NCBI GenBank assembly: GCA_965230915.1
Contig: OZ246395.1
Location: forward strand, 12,019-76,018
Source: an uncultured Candidatus Saccharibacteria bacterium
GTDB taxonomy: Bacteria > Patescibacteriota > WWE3 > 2-01-FULL-39-13
DNA length: 64,000 nucleotides
Direction of reading: 5' to 3'
How positions within the stretch are numbered: position 1 is the first letter of the stretch; each line of letters opens with the position of its first letter. The notes beneath the pieces were generated by a model. The model saw only the letters and a list, made by a program, of their open reading frames with translations. It was not told the DNA's origin and searched no databases. Shown piece after piece: positions 28,387 to 39,182 of this stretch. The translations under genes and the position numbers were made by a program.

Positions 28387-31300
28387 ATCGTATTTCTCTC
28401 TGTAAGTTTTTTGCAGGTTTTCGACTTCTTCTTTAAATCCTTTTGGCATTTGGTCTATAGGTGTTTCCATCGTAAAGTTTCCTTTAGCAGAATATCTATT
28501 TAGGATTTCTTCGAGATCTGCTGCTATTTCTGCCTGAATAACTTCAGGATCAACTTTTGTCTTAACAGGGGTCATTACGGTTTGGGCGACCATTTGTGTC
28601 GGAGATTTTTCTTTTGTAATTGGTGCTGTGCCTTCGTTATCGCAAGTAGACGAAAGTTGTCCGCCTGTACAATATTGGCGTAATCCCATTTGGAATAATC
28701 CGTAGTCGCAATAACCGATATTTGCTCCCCATCGGCCTTCGGTGAATTCATCAGGTCGGCAGGATCCGTAATATCCTCTTAAAGCTCGCTTAACTGCATC
28801 GAAGTTAGATTCACTAATTGTTCCGTTTCTGTAGTCGACTCCAGCTTTTTGTTTTAGTACACGAGCAGCCAATGTTGGCGCGACTTGAGGATTGCATCGT
28901 CCATCTTTTCGATATTCGCTTTGTGGTGTTCCCGCTGCCCATCTTTGAATGTTCCAATTCTTTTGTTCTGTAGGGTCTGTTATATCGAAGACTGTGTCGT
29001 CAGTAATTTGGAACGGACCAGTTGCAGTTACGCTATTTCGTGAACATGAATTTAAGCTGCCGCCTCCTTCTATATCTAATATAACGGCGATAAGTCTTGC
29101 AGGAACGCCTGAATCTAATCCTACATTTTCGATTTGTTTTAATGTATCTCCACTAATATTGTTGCTACCCGGTGCAGAACTAAAGAAGTTTCCGCCGCCA
29201 CGGAGTGATGATAAGAATGGTTCGCACAACCCAATTGCCCGTGTAGGAAAGTCTGATGGAAGGCTTCCCGCTGCTTCGCTTAAACAATATTGTGCGGCCT
29301 GACTAAAGTGGTCGGTGTATTCGATGTACATACTTCTGGTATCGCTGCCGCTAATACTTAAATCAAGACAATCTTGCGGTCCACCAAGCCCAAATCTTGC
29401 CAACGCATTTGATAACGGGTTACTTCCGCAATTAGGTGTGGTATTGTTTCCACTCGCGTTAGATCCTGAAATACCTCCAAGTGAAAGTTTAAGTTCGAGC
29501 TCGTGTTTGCTAGGCTTTGGATCAAAATAAGAGTCGCTGACTCCCGGTACCTTATATAAACCCTGAAAAACCTGGAAGTCATAATTGCTTCTATTTTGGT
29601 TTAATTTACCCATAAAACGGCTTGGGACATATCCATATAAAAGATATTGGCGTTCACCAAATGTGCATGACCATTTTTCGTCTCCTTCATGATAGACCCC
29701 ATTTATATCTGTATAGCCTTCTTCTTCATCTTTTTCACAGTGATAGTTAAATAATTTGGCACCAGCTGCATAAAGACTTTTTATAAAGTCTGAAAATATA
29801 TTTCCTACAGAAATTGAAATATCCTCTTTATCTTCTATGTCCTTTGCTAATCTGAAAGTTTGATTTCCGGTTTGGCAGAATCCTTTTTCGCAATTTGGAT
29901 CATCTGTGACTTCTAATAAATCTTCGGCATCCATAGTTGCGCATTCTCCACCAGGAGCCCAAGTTTCACATTTTGTACAGTCGATTGGTGGAGGTGGTCT
30001 GTCGTCGACAATCCCACAAGCTCCTTCATTTGGACAGGTACATACTGGTCTTTGTGTACAGTTAGGATTGTCCGAATATGGAGCGCTACTATTTGTAATT
30101 TGGAAATGAACTTTAAGTTCCATTTTGTTTTCAGCAAGCTCACGTGGAGTTACAGGAATTGAACATCCTGGTAAAGTTTCAATCGGGACTCCATATTTTT
30201 CGCCATCATTACCGTTAGGGTTGTAAATTGGAAGACCAGCTGACTTATGTAGGTTCCCTCCATTTGGATTTCCACATGTACTGATTTGTGTTGATTGGCC
30301 GGTTGTTTTGTCGGTTACCCAATATTCAATATAGTAGCCCCAGTCGACAGGTTGAGGACACTCGGGTTGACCGTTCCATACTTTTACTGAAAACTGATTT
30401 TCTGCAGTTTTGTTTTCGATTAATATGTGAGCGCCTTGGCAATATGGCTGAGCTTCTTCATATGGAGGAGCTGCTTGAGCCTGTGCCTGTTTTGGATTTA
30501 CCGGATTTATATTATCGAGCGAATAAGAAGTTCCAATCTCTTCATCAGAATCTGTTGGGGTTTTTAGAACAACATCCGCAATATAACTTTGTGTATTTTT
30601 ATTTTGATCAGCATTTTGTTTTGCTAAAAGTTGTTGCTCTTGAGCATAATAGTCTTCTAATGATGTTGCTAATATAGTGCTTCTTCCGATTGGAACTGTG
30701 TCGCCGGGTTTTTTTACAACTGCAGCACTAAAATCCCATAGAACTTTGTCCATCGCCTGACGATCGGCTGGTTCTAAAAGTTTAATTTTATCTGCTTCAT
30801 TCATTGAAAATTTAATTAGATGTCCCATACCTATACAGGCTTCTGGTGGATCACCCGGACCACATTTTTCACCGCTTTTATCGTTCTTTAAACACTCTTC
30901 ACCTGTAGATGGATCGCAAACAGATGACTGCAAACATCCGATGAACGCCTGATTAAAAGCTAAATTATCAATTGTAGATTTGCGGCCTGGTTTAATTCCA
31001 TCTTGGCTGGGATAAACACGAGCCTGAAATGCTGCATAAGTCTCTGTTGTTCCTTGCTTTTCTGGTTGAGCCTGAATTTCAAGACCTCCTTGATATATAA
31101 ATCCTGGAATATGCGAAGTTATATAAAGAGGCAAAGATCTTGGCGTAATAGTACTGGGTTTATATTGAGCAATAGCCTTATTATTAATAAAGTCATCATT
31201 TGTAGCTGCCAATGAACCGATATATTTTTGCGTCATTGTACTAAAATCGGTGCTCCAATATTTAGTAGGGGCTATAACAATTCTTTCAGTTACAACCGCG

Positions 31301-32226
31301 CTAACAATATCTCCTTCATTTTCTTTTTCATCGGTTGCGCTGGCATAAATTTGCCAAGGACCTTTTCCATCTGGCGATGGGTCTTGATGTCCTATAACTT
31401 GGCCTCTATATAAAGTCTGGTCTGTTTTAATCGGGCCAACGCATTGGCTTTCACCTGTTCCACCGGCGCTTGTTAGCAAAGCACAAACTTTTACGTTGTT
31501 AACTTTTGGAGCCGTTGCAGTAACTTTATTTGTAATACTTGAGCCACGTCCAAATCCGATCCAGCCATAATCTTTTGCATATAAGAATGTTTCACCTTTT
31601 CCATTACCTTCTAGGATTTGAACTTCAACAACATCACTTATCGTTCCGAGTGATCCTCCAACGTTGTAAGTATCGTAGTGGCGATTGAATTTCATCGCGA
31701 ATCCGGTGTAACCGGTAAATGGAGCATTACATCTTGAACAATTTAATCCGTCTTTCTTGAATCCGACAATTGTATGGTCTGACGTCATTACATCGCCTTC
31801 GCACATATTTCTTTTTATCCATTTAGCCGGAGCATAGCTGGCTAAATCGACAGTGTTAGGGTCAACATTTCCTGCAACCATTGTGAAACCTGCATCAAAG
31901 CCTTCGCATTGAACATTTCCGTTTTCGGTTGCCCATGAAGTATCTCTCAAGTGATAAATATAATTTGCGTCATATGCGAATTCTTCATAAACTTCACCGG
32001 TAGCGTTTTTAACTATATAGAAGCCAGGCATTCCCATTACGGTGCTTTGCACGTTATAGAATCTTTCTCCACTGCTGATTAAATTCGCACTGCCCTGACC
32101 AGAAGGGTTAAAGTAATCAAGCATATCAACACAAGTTTGGGCATAGCTTTTTGTAGGGGCAATTAGCGCAGCCGCAAAAATTGCGAGTACGATTATTAAA
32201 TTTTTAGATCTAATAAAATAATTCAT
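28381..32226 (-). CDS. Large secreted Cys-rich protein with C-terminal lysozyme/lytic-transglycosylase-like domain
   Basis: Signal peptide ...KSYAQ; many Cys; GVPARLIAVILDIEGG...ATGPFQIT...AARVLK...ALRGYYG (SLT-like). Confidence 0.7.
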   Translation of the reverse strand: MNYFIRSKNLIIVLAIFAAALIAPTKSYAQTCVDMLDYFNPSGQGSANLISSGERFYNVQSTVMGMPGFYIVKNATGEVYEEFAYDANYIYHLRDTSWATENGNVQCEGFDAGFTMVAGNVDPNTVDLASYAPAKWIKRNMCEGDVMTSDHTIVGFKKDGLNCSRCNAPFTGYTGFAMKFNRHYDTYNVGGSLGTISDVVEVQILEGNGKGETFLYAKDYGWIGFGRGSSITNKVTATAPKVNNVKVCALLTSAGGTGESQCVGPIKTDQTLYRGQVIGHQDPSPDGKGPWQIYASATDEKENEGDIVSAVVTERIVIAPTKYWSTDFSTMTQKYIGSLAATNDDFINNKAIAQYKPSTITPRSLPLYITSHIPGFIYQGGLEIQAQPEKQGTTETYAAFQARVYPSQDGIKPGRKSTIDNLAFNQAFIGCLQSSVCDPSTGEECLKNDKSGEKCGPGDPPEACIGMGHLIKFSMNEADKIKLLEPADRQAMDKVLWDFSAAVVKKPGDTVPIGRSTILATSLEDYYAQEQQLLAKQNADQNKNTQSYIADVVLKTPTDSDEEIGTSYSLDNINPVNPKQAQAQAAPPYEEAQPYCQGAHILIENKTAENQFSVKVWNGQPECPQPVDWGYYIEYWVTDKTTGQSTQISTCGNPNGGNLHKSAGLPIYNPNGNDGEKYGVPIETLPGCSIPVTPRELAENKMELKVHFQITNSSAPYSDNPNCTQRPVCTCPNEGACGIVDDRPPPPIDCTKCETWAPGGECATMDAEDLLEVTDDPNCEKGFCQTGNQTFRLAKDIEDKEDISISVGNIFSDFIKSLYAAGAKLFNYHCEKDEEEGYTDINGVYHEGDEKWSCTFGERQYLLYGYVPSRFMGKLNQNRSNYDFQVFQGLYKVPGVSDSYFDPKPSKHELELKLSLGGISGSNASGNNTTPNCGSNPLSNALARFGLGGPQDCLDLSISGSDTRSMYIEYTDHFSQAAQYCLSEAAGSLPSDFPTRAIGLCEPFLSSLRGGGNFFSSAPGSNNISGDTLKQIENVGLDSGVPARLIAVILDIEGGGSLNSCSRNSVTATGPFQITDDTVFDITDPTEQKNWNIQRWAAGTPQSEYRKDGRCNPQVAPTLAARVLKQKAGVDYRNGTISESNFDAVKRALRGYYGSCRPDEFTEGRWGANIGYCDYGLFQMGLRQYCTGGQLSSTCDNEGTAPITKEKSPTQMVAQTVMTPVKTKVDPEVIQAEIAADLEEILNRYSAKGNFTMETPIDQMPKGFKEEVENLQKTYREKYDL

Positions 32227-33251
32227 TATCTTTTTATGGCTTCTAACATTAGGTATCCCGTTCCTGATCGGTTTCCTGAGACTCTAACATTTGCTTCTAA
32301 AATGTATACAGGAACAATATAATTATCAACCGCAAGGTAAGCAATGTGACCGCGCACAATATTTATAGATTCAATAGGATCTCCGATCGGATAAGTTCCA
32401 TTAACTAACTTAGCTTTTGTATTTTCGGTTTGAAGATCTCTTCTTATTTCATTTGTATCTAATAGTTCGTAGTCACCGACCGAACTCCCAATAGTTCCTG
32501 ATGCCTCATAATATAATCTTGAGATGTCACCCTTACTATTTAGCCAGATGGTAATTGTATTTGGAACTAAGCTCGATTCCTTATCAATAATAGGGAGGTC
32601 TTTCACCCTGGCTTGATATTTAAGTTGAATTAAATTTGCTCCACGGGCCTGATCTGTTAATTCAGGGTGGTCAGAAGTCGCTATCACATAAGAATTTTCG
32701 AAATATTCATACGTTGTATTTGGTAATTCGAGTTTTCTAATAAAATCTTCGGCACTTTGCTTGTAAAGATCTATATTGGCCGAAACAGCAAAATTTGTAT
32801 TCTCTGATTCTGACTGAACAGCCAAATCGGTATAAGTTAATTCGCCTATTGATGGATAAACAACCAAGTTCTTTTGTCCTTCGCTGGCTAAAATTACCCT
32901 TCTGAGTTCAGCATCATTTGAAGTGGAAACTTTAGTTAACCCCAATTTATTCGGAAGTCCATCTGCAAAATCCTCGGGAAAATTATTAGCAGGATTAAAT
33001 TCATACATTGGTAGACGATCATAGAATGGAGCTGTTAACGAAAAATCAGGTGACACATTAAATTTGGTATTCGGGGTCGTAACAGTTTGAGATGGGTCTG
33101 GCTTTAATTTATCCTCGATTTTAACATCGGCCAATGGATAAGGCGCAGAAGTTTGGTTCAAAATTTCATCGCGTGCAATTTGGTACAACAAATATCCCAT
33201 GATTGCGATGATTATTATAAATGTAATTGTTAGTATTAATTTTCTAGTCAT
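32226..33251 (-). CDS. Membrane-anchored extracellular protein
   Basis: ATG 33251 right after the upstream stop, one N-terminal TM, C-terminal IAY...IVPVYIL beta motif. Confidence 0.7.
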   Translation of the reverse strand: MTRKLILTITFIIIIAIMGYLLYQIARDEILNQTSAPYPLADVKIEDKLKPDPSQTVTTPNTKFNVSPDFSLTAPFYDRLPMYEFNPANNFPEDFADGLPNKLGLTKVSTSNDAELRRVILASEGQKNLVVYPSIGELTYTDLAVQSESENTNFAVSANIDLYKQSAEDFIRKLELPNTTYEYFENSYVIATSDHPELTDQARGANLIQLKYQARVKDLPIIDKESSLVPNTITIWLNSKGDISRLYYEASGTIGSSVGDYELLDTNEIRRDLQTENTKAKLVNGTYPIGDPIESINIVRGHIAYLAVDNYIVPVYILEANVRVSGNRSGTGYLMLEAIKR

Positions 33252-33252
33252 A

Positions 33253-36200
33253 TTATCTCGACATATTACACGAAGCCGACCCCACACATGATTTTGGAAC
33301 GTTCTCCGGAATATATGAGCCAGGTTCTGGCGTGTCACTGTATCTAATTAATCTTAATGGTTTCCCTGGTCCAAGACATTCAACACTTGTGTTTACAAAT
33401 TCGTAGTGTAAGTGAGGTCCTGTTGAATTTCCCGATGTGCCCATTTCTCCAATTATCTGATTGGCTTCTATTTGTTGGCCAGTACTTACGGCTATTGAAG
33501 ACATATGGCCATATATAGTAGCAAAGCCTAATGGAGATATAACTTTTACATAATGGCCATATCCATCTGGATCATCGCCTCTGAAAGCTGTTCCATTATG
33601 GGTAGCTTTTATAGCTTGTCCTATACCCGAGGCCATGTCCAAAGCTTCTGCATTTTTATGGCTGTCATATGTATATGCTGTTTGAGTCAATGTAAAAGGT
33701 TGTGTCGGCCATCCTGCGGGACAAACCGAACAGCCACCTGCTCCAAATTTTGTACTTACCGATGCCTCGCCCTTTTTACCAGGGTCTTCTTCAACTGTTA
33801 CTTCTATATTGTTTAGATAAGTTCCATCCGTTGTTAAAATGTTTTCTAAGATAAATGGGGGAAGAGTTAATATTTGTCCCGGTTGAATTGTTCGTGACGG
33901 CAAATCTCCAAGATTTGGGAGGGCAACTTTTCCATAAGTAGCGTCTGATGTAACTTCAACAATACCTCCTCCGCTTGCGCATGATTTCGAATATAAAAGA
34001 GTATCGGTAAAGCCATCAATATTTAGAGGAATTGGATTTGGTGCATTTGTTGCCTCATCTATTGCCGTATCAGTAATGTTTCTAATTGTGATTGTGTATT
34101 CAATTCCGCTTCCGTTAGAAACCTGTCTGGCTGTTTTTGTAACCTGAAATTTTTTCGAGCTAATAACATCTGAATATGCGCCGCCTCCGGTTGACGGTTC
34201 CATCGGCGCCATCATTGCGATAATTCCTATTACAAAAATCATAGGGATGATAAAGCAAGAACATCCCCCAAGAACAATTCCTAATACAACACGGCTGACT
34301 GTACGAAGTTTCGCCATGAGCATTTCCCACGATGACTTGAATGCAAAAGAGAATTTTCCCTGCAGAATCTTTGATGTAAAATTCCAAACGACATCGCCAA
34401 CAGCAGCTAGTATGTAGCTGATTCCCCCGGTTACAATACCGGCCGAATTTGAAAGTATAAAGCCTAGGCTTTTTAGAACTACAGGACTCAAAAACTTTGT
34501 TAATGTTTTTGCAACAACGCTGGTTGCTATAGTCGGATTCGCGCCAAGGCCAGAGAATTTTGTACCAATACCTGTAAGGAATTTTACAAAGCCCCATTTT
34601 TCAACAGCACCCATTAAAAGTGTCTCGTCGCCAAAGCCGGAATTACGTAAAAGATCTTTGAAAGGTTCGAAGATCTTAACGGCAGTTTTAATTAATGCAT
34701 TATTGCCAGCGTATCCTCCCCAAAGAATTTCGCGGTATAAGAAGGTGTACATCGCATTTGCTGTACGGTTGTATTTATTTAATAAACCTGCAAAAGGTGC
34801 TGTAAATTGTTTTACTTTTCCTTCTTTTACAATTCTCGCTAAGAATTCAAAGCGATCAGCTAAACCTAGTGCAAATGAACCTGGATGATTGTTGGGATCA
34901 GATAAATATTCTAATAAGGCAAAACCTCCGGCATTCGGTGTATTCAAGTTTGTAATGTTTTGGCTAAGTTTTCCAACCTTCTCGGCTGTAGTTAGTCCTA
35001 ATCCTTCTGCCAATATTTCGAAACTTGTTGTAGGTACGTTGCCTGCAACAATCGAATTGCCAGCATTTCTAAGTTCGTCCATGAAGTTTCTTGCACGGTC
35101 GAGGTCGGCCAAAAGGTAGTCTGGGTCAAAATCTGCAATATTTGCAAAACCACAATCTAATAATAATTGGCCACCCGCGCCTGTAGATTTTCCCCATGAC
35201 TTATCTAAAACATCATATAAGCTGTAGTCCCCAAAAAGACCGTTAGATTTTTGTAGGCCGAAGCCGCTGGTAACTGCGGGTGCTCCATCTGGTACGATTT
35301 TTATTGCCGTTTGTGTCCATTGCGCATTGTTTGTTGGCCCTTGTCTCCAGCTTACGTATGTTTCGGCTTCGAATAATTTTTTCGGAGCGAGTCTTGAAAT
35401 TAGTTTTAAATCTTTAAGTTCGCCGGCTTCAAATGCAAGTCCGGTTGCTGTACCAATAAAGCCATTAAGCTTTCTTGTATTTCCAATAATATTAATTTTA
35501 TCGAGGTATTTTACATATTCGCTGACTGTTCCCCATCTAGGGTCTGTGAAGGGTAGGACGTTAAGCATTTTACTCGAAAGCAAAACGACTTCTATGAATT
35601 TTTTGCTTTCAATACTTTCTAATATTTCTTTTGTGGTAGATGCAAAGAACAAATTGTTAGCAATTTTCGATGACCTTGTAGCCGCCATTATTCTATCTCT
35701 TGCGATAGCTCCGGCAGAATTGATTCTTGTTGTTGCAGCCCCTACTTCGGCGTTTAATGTTGTAGGAATTCGAGTATCCGCAAAACTGACAAAAGGAGTG
35801 TCTCCTGGGATAGCGTATAAACTATTGAATTTAGCAAGTTCCGCTTCTCCTACGATTGTTTTTGCCGCATTGCTAATTCCGGCAAGAACTTCTGGCTGGT
35901 GCAATTTCGCCTGCAATTCAGCCTCAAGTGCTCGTTGAGTTTTTAATCTATCTAAATATCCCTTTTTTAAAAGTTGCTTTTCGCTTTCAAGAACAATACG
36001 AGGCCTGGGTGGTTGAGGTGTACCTGGTGGAGAACCTGCTGGTATAGCTGGTCTTGGTGCTGCTAAATTAGGAACGCTAAATAAATTGGCGTCGCTAAGT
36101 TGAGGAACATCTAGCTCGAATGCACTTGCGAATTCTGCACCTGCGGCATCTTTTAATTTTTCCTGATATAGACCTTGGTTTACAAACTCGCTTCTTAAAA

Positions 36201-37233
36201 ATGCTTTTGAAAATTCCTTGTTTTCGCCGGTTAGGTTATCCCAGATAGCATTTTGTTTTGCCGTCGCAGTTGCTGCATCTCCTAAGCCTAGGGCTTTTCT
36301 TAATTTTGCATCGTTGTTAAGGATATCGTTAAATGCATCATTTGCGTTTGTGATTCCATGTAAAGCGGCTTGCTCCTGGAATGTTTGTGAAAATGCTCCT
36401 TTGGATTCATAAATGCCAGGTCTGCCTGTTGCAGGATTTATTCCGCGTCTTTCTTTAACCTTTAATACGTCGTCTAAATTTATTCCAAGTTCACTGGCAA
36501 CAGCCCTGTTATAAGCAGTAATACTGCCTGTGTGATAAATGGAACGTGGGGTTGCACTTTCCATGTACCCTGACAACGCAGTTAGTTGTCCTGATAAATC
36601 TCTGTAGGCTTTATAACTTGCTTCACGGTTCGTACCCTGCTCCCAAACTTGCCTGTCTTCGTATCTGTCAGCTCCAATTGCTTGAACTAGTTTTATTTTT
36701 GATTGTGGACCTCCAATGCCGCCGACATCGACAAGGTCTTCCGTATCAACAACGCTAATTCCCAGGCCTTTAGCCACTCGAGTTCCTAAATTTTGTGGCT
36801 TAAGAACTTCTGACCCTTTAACTGTTGTTAAGTTACCTTTTGTTAATGCTTCAAGTACGTCGCTTCGTCGGTCGCCGGCAAGCTCATCAAGGTTCATGAT
36901 ATCGTTGCGAGTTTGTTGATTTAGCTTTTGTAATGTCTGTAGTGGCTCACTTATGAGTTTCGTTAAATCAACCTTTGTATTAACGCCTTTTACATCTAAT
37001 AATGCTTCCTGGCCCCCGGCAACAAAGGTGCTAATGATTGCTTCATCGACTTCATCTGAAATAGTGGCTCTTACCTGAAGGGTAGTTAAGTTTTGTTTGA
37101 AATCTTTGTCGTAAAAGCCAATTACATCTTTTACAATTCGATCCTTTATAGATCTTGGAACATCAATCGGAGCTCTATAAAATTCTTTTACAAAACTTCT
37201 TAATGTTAAATCGTCATTTTTTGGTGGCGGCAT
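33253..37233 (-). CDS. 1326-aa membrane protein with Ig/DUF11-like domain and C-terminal M23 peptidase
   Basis: H..D, ATHNG, GYGHYV, TIYGHMS, GTSGNSTGPHLHYE (M23); VTKTA...IEYTITIRN (DUF11-like); hydrophobic helices around residues 900-1010. Confidence 0.85.
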   Translation of the reverse strand: MPPPKNDDLTLRSFVKEFYRAPIDVPRSIKDRIVKDVIGFYDKDFKQNLTTLQVRATISDEVDEAIISTFVAGGQEALLDVKGVNTKVDLTKLISEPLQTLQKLNQQTRNDIMNLDELAGDRRSDVLEALTKGNLTTVKGSEVLKPQNLGTRVAKGLGISVVDTEDLVDVGGIGGPQSKIKLVQAIGADRYEDRQVWEQGTNREASYKAYRDLSGQLTALSGYMESATPRSIYHTGSITAYNRAVASELGINLDDVLKVKERRGINPATGRPGIYESKGAFSQTFQEQAALHGITNANDAFNDILNNDAKLRKALGLGDAATATAKQNAIWDNLTGENKEFSKAFLRSEFVNQGLYQEKLKDAAGAEFASAFELDVPQLSDANLFSVPNLAAPRPAIPAGSPPGTPQPPRPRIVLESEKQLLKKGYLDRLKTQRALEAELQAKLHQPEVLAGISNAAKTIVGEAELAKFNSLYAIPGDTPFVSFADTRIPTTLNAEVGAATTRINSAGAIARDRIMAATRSSKIANNLFFASTTKEILESIESKKFIEVVLLSSKMLNVLPFTDPRWGTVSEYVKYLDKINIIGNTRKLNGFIGTATGLAFEAGELKDLKLISRLAPKKLFEAETYVSWRQGPTNNAQWTQTAIKIVPDGAPAVTSGFGLQKSNGLFGDYSLYDVLDKSWGKSTGAGGQLLLDCGFANIADFDPDYLLADLDRARNFMDELRNAGNSIVAGNVPTTSFEILAEGLGLTTAEKVGKLSQNITNLNTPNAGGFALLEYLSDPNNHPGSFALGLADRFEFLARIVKEGKVKQFTAPFAGLLNKYNRTANAMYTFLYREILWGGYAGNNALIKTAVKIFEPFKDLLRNSGFGDETLLMGAVEKWGFVKFLTGIGTKFSGLGANPTIATSVVAKTLTKFLSPVVLKSLGFILSNSAGIVTGGISYILAAVGDVVWNFTSKILQGKFSFAFKSSWEMLMAKLRTVSRVVLGIVLGGCSCFIIPMIFVIGIIAMMAPMEPSTGGGAYSDVISSKKFQVTKTARQVSNGSGIEYTITIRNITDTAIDEATNAPNPIPLNIDGFTDTLLYSKSCASGGGIVEVTSDATYGKVALPNLGDLPSRTIQPGQILTLPPFILENILTTDGTYLNNIEVTVEEDPGKKGEASVSTKFGAGGCSVCPAGWPTQPFTLTQTAYTYDSHKNAEALDMASGIGQAIKATHNGTAFRGDDPDGYGHYVKVISPLGFATIYGHMSSIAVSTGQQIEANQIIGEMGTSGNSTGPHLHYEFVNTSVECLGPGKPLRLIRYSDTPEPGSYIPENVPKSCVGSASCNMSR

Positions 37234-37281
37234 GTGTTATATTAATTGATTAAAGTATACATGTATGATTTAATTATTACG

Positions 37282-38649
37282 ATGAAATTTTACACAAAGG
37301 CGAAACATATAATTGTAACAGCTTTGATATTTTTTACCATTTTTTCATTTGTATTTCCTGTTATTGTTAGCGCGCAATCAGAAGACGATGTTTTTTACCC
37401 CGGGCTAGGCCGTATAGGTGAACAACTTTCAATGAGATATTGGGCGAAAACATTTGTTATGGGGACTGCAGTTGACGTTACTTTAGCAATTGCATGCGGA
37501 GGAGAAAACGATAAAGAAAATACATGGGGAACTCCAAATGGTGCAGAAAATTGTGTCCCTCCGATTGAACGTGTAAGCGCAAGTTTGCAGGGTGACCAAC
37601 CCAGAATGATGGGAGGACTTGCTTCTGTAAGTGCCTTAGCGATGGACTATAGCGTTAACGAGCCAATGATTCCAACAGACATGGCGTTATTTTTAGATGA
37701 TACATTCGATCAAACTCTATTTTCATCACCATCATATGCACAGAACTTACCAGAGAATTTATCTAAACCAGATGAATTTTTTCAATCAGCTACATACACA
37801 CTTTGGAAAAGCGCCAGAAATATAGCACTAGGGCTATTAGGTGTGTTATTAGGAATTGCAGGACTTAGCATTTTATTCAGAAGTAAACTTAGCCCACAGG
37901 TTACAGTTACTGTTGCAAATGTTTTACCTTATTTGCCACTCTCAATTATTGGTATCGTTTTATCGTATCCAATAATTGCAGTTATATTTAATTTATTAGA
38001 GCCATTATTATCAATTGCTTGGGCATTAGGAGCTGGAATTGTTGTAGAGCTATCTGTTGGTGCGGTTGATACATCAAGAGGTGTTTATGCTTTAGTTGGG
38101 CAATCATTTAAAGCTCTTCTAAGCCCTATGACTTGGTTAGGTGTAAGTAATATTGCAACAATTTCTTTTATTTTAGTCTTGATCATGCTTGTCGCATTGG
38201 TCATGGTTTTAATCGCTACCGCCAGATATATCTTTGAATATGCTAAAACAATGGTTCTTTTTGTTTTTTACGTTATAGCTTTTCCATTGCTTTCAGCAAT
38301 CGCAATCTTGCCAGGTAAACAGAATTTATTTTCTGTATTATTCAAGAAAGTTTTGGCCAATTTATTAGCCTTGCCGATAATGACCTTATTTACTCTAATT
38401 GGTCTTGGGTTTATCGCTTCTATACTTCCAGCTGTTCAAAGCGGAGCTTCAACCGGTTTACTTGGGTTAGAATACATTAGTGTTGGAGGAAATATATTTG
38501 CAGCCATTGTTAGATTCGCAATCGGTTGGGGAATAGTATGGAATTCATTTAAAGCTAGAAAAATGTTAGAAGACTTCTTTGGTGCAGGCGGATCATTGGC
38601 ATCAACCTTCCAAGGTGGCGGATCATCAGGCCCTCCAGGAAAGAAATAA
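37282..38649 (+). CDS. VirB6/TrbL-like polytopic membrane protein
   Basis: Signal peptide, LWKSARNIAL...ILFRSKLSPQVTVTVANVLP...LSYPI motif, 6-7 TMs, Gly-rich tail. Confidence 0.7.
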   Translation: MKFYTKAKHIIVTALIFFTIFSFVFPVIVSAQSEDDVFYPGLGRIGEQLSMRYWAKTFVMGTAVDVTLAIACGGENDKENTWGTPNGAENCVPPIERVSASLQGDQPRMMGGLASVSALAMDYSVNEPMIPTDMALFLDDTFDQTLFSSPSYAQNLPENLSKPDEFFQSATYTLWKSARNIALGLLGVLLGIAGLSILFRSKLSPQVTVTVANVLPYLPLSIIGIVLSYPIIAVIFNLLEPLLSIAWALGAGIVVELSVGAVDTSRGVYALVGQSFKALLSPMTWLGVSNIATISFILVLIMLVALVMVLIATARYIFEYAKTMVLFVFYVIAFPLLSAIAILPGKQNLFSVLFKKVLANLLALPIMTLFTLIGLGFIASILPAVQSGASTGLLGLEYISVGGNIFAAIVRFAIGWGIVWNSFKARKMLEDFFGAGGSLASTFQGGGSSGPPGKK

Positions 38650-38697
38650 CCTATCCTAACCTAAATAATCTTTTTATAAATATAAAGTTGAAGTAAA

Positions 38698-39093
38698 TTA
38701 GAGTGTATCGTTGACGAAAGTGCTTAGTGCGTCTAACCAGAATTGAACATTTCCCAATCCAAAGAATGCTAAGAAAAGGTTTAGTAAAAATCCACCACCA
38801 CCTATTACAACAAAGGCTAACAGCAGAGTATACGGCCACTGATGTGCCAGTTCTTCTAAAACACTAGAGTTTTCTCGGTTCATTGCAGTTTTGTATATCA
38901 AAAACATTGAGATAATTATTGCGACGGCAACCAATATGATTTGGAATGTGGTCCATGCTTTTGGAACAGCACAATTTATGTAGCTTCCAACGTCGAAGTA
39001 ATATCCTGAATCTGCGGGTAAATTCCACCCGTCTGTACCTGTATATGAGGCGCCAGAATCATTAATATATGAAGTGTTATAACAATCCGCCAT
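38698..39093 (-). CDS. Pilin-like (VirB2/TrbC-type) two-TM protein
   Basis: TM - charged loop (NRENSSVLEE) - TM - LAFFG topology like neighbouring pilins. Confidence 0.5.
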   Translation of the reverse strand: MADCYNTSYINDSGASYTGTDGWNLPADSGYYFDVGSYINCAVPKAWTTFQIILVAVAIIISMFLIYKTAMNRENSSVLEELAHQWPYTLLLAFVVIGGGGFLLNLFLAFFGLGNVQFWLDALSTFVNDTL

Positions 39094-39182
39094 AATTTTC
39101 TCTTATAATTTTAACAGATTGCCATTTAATTACTAATAGATTAAGTGTTAAAATAATAACAACTCATAATATGTACTTAACA

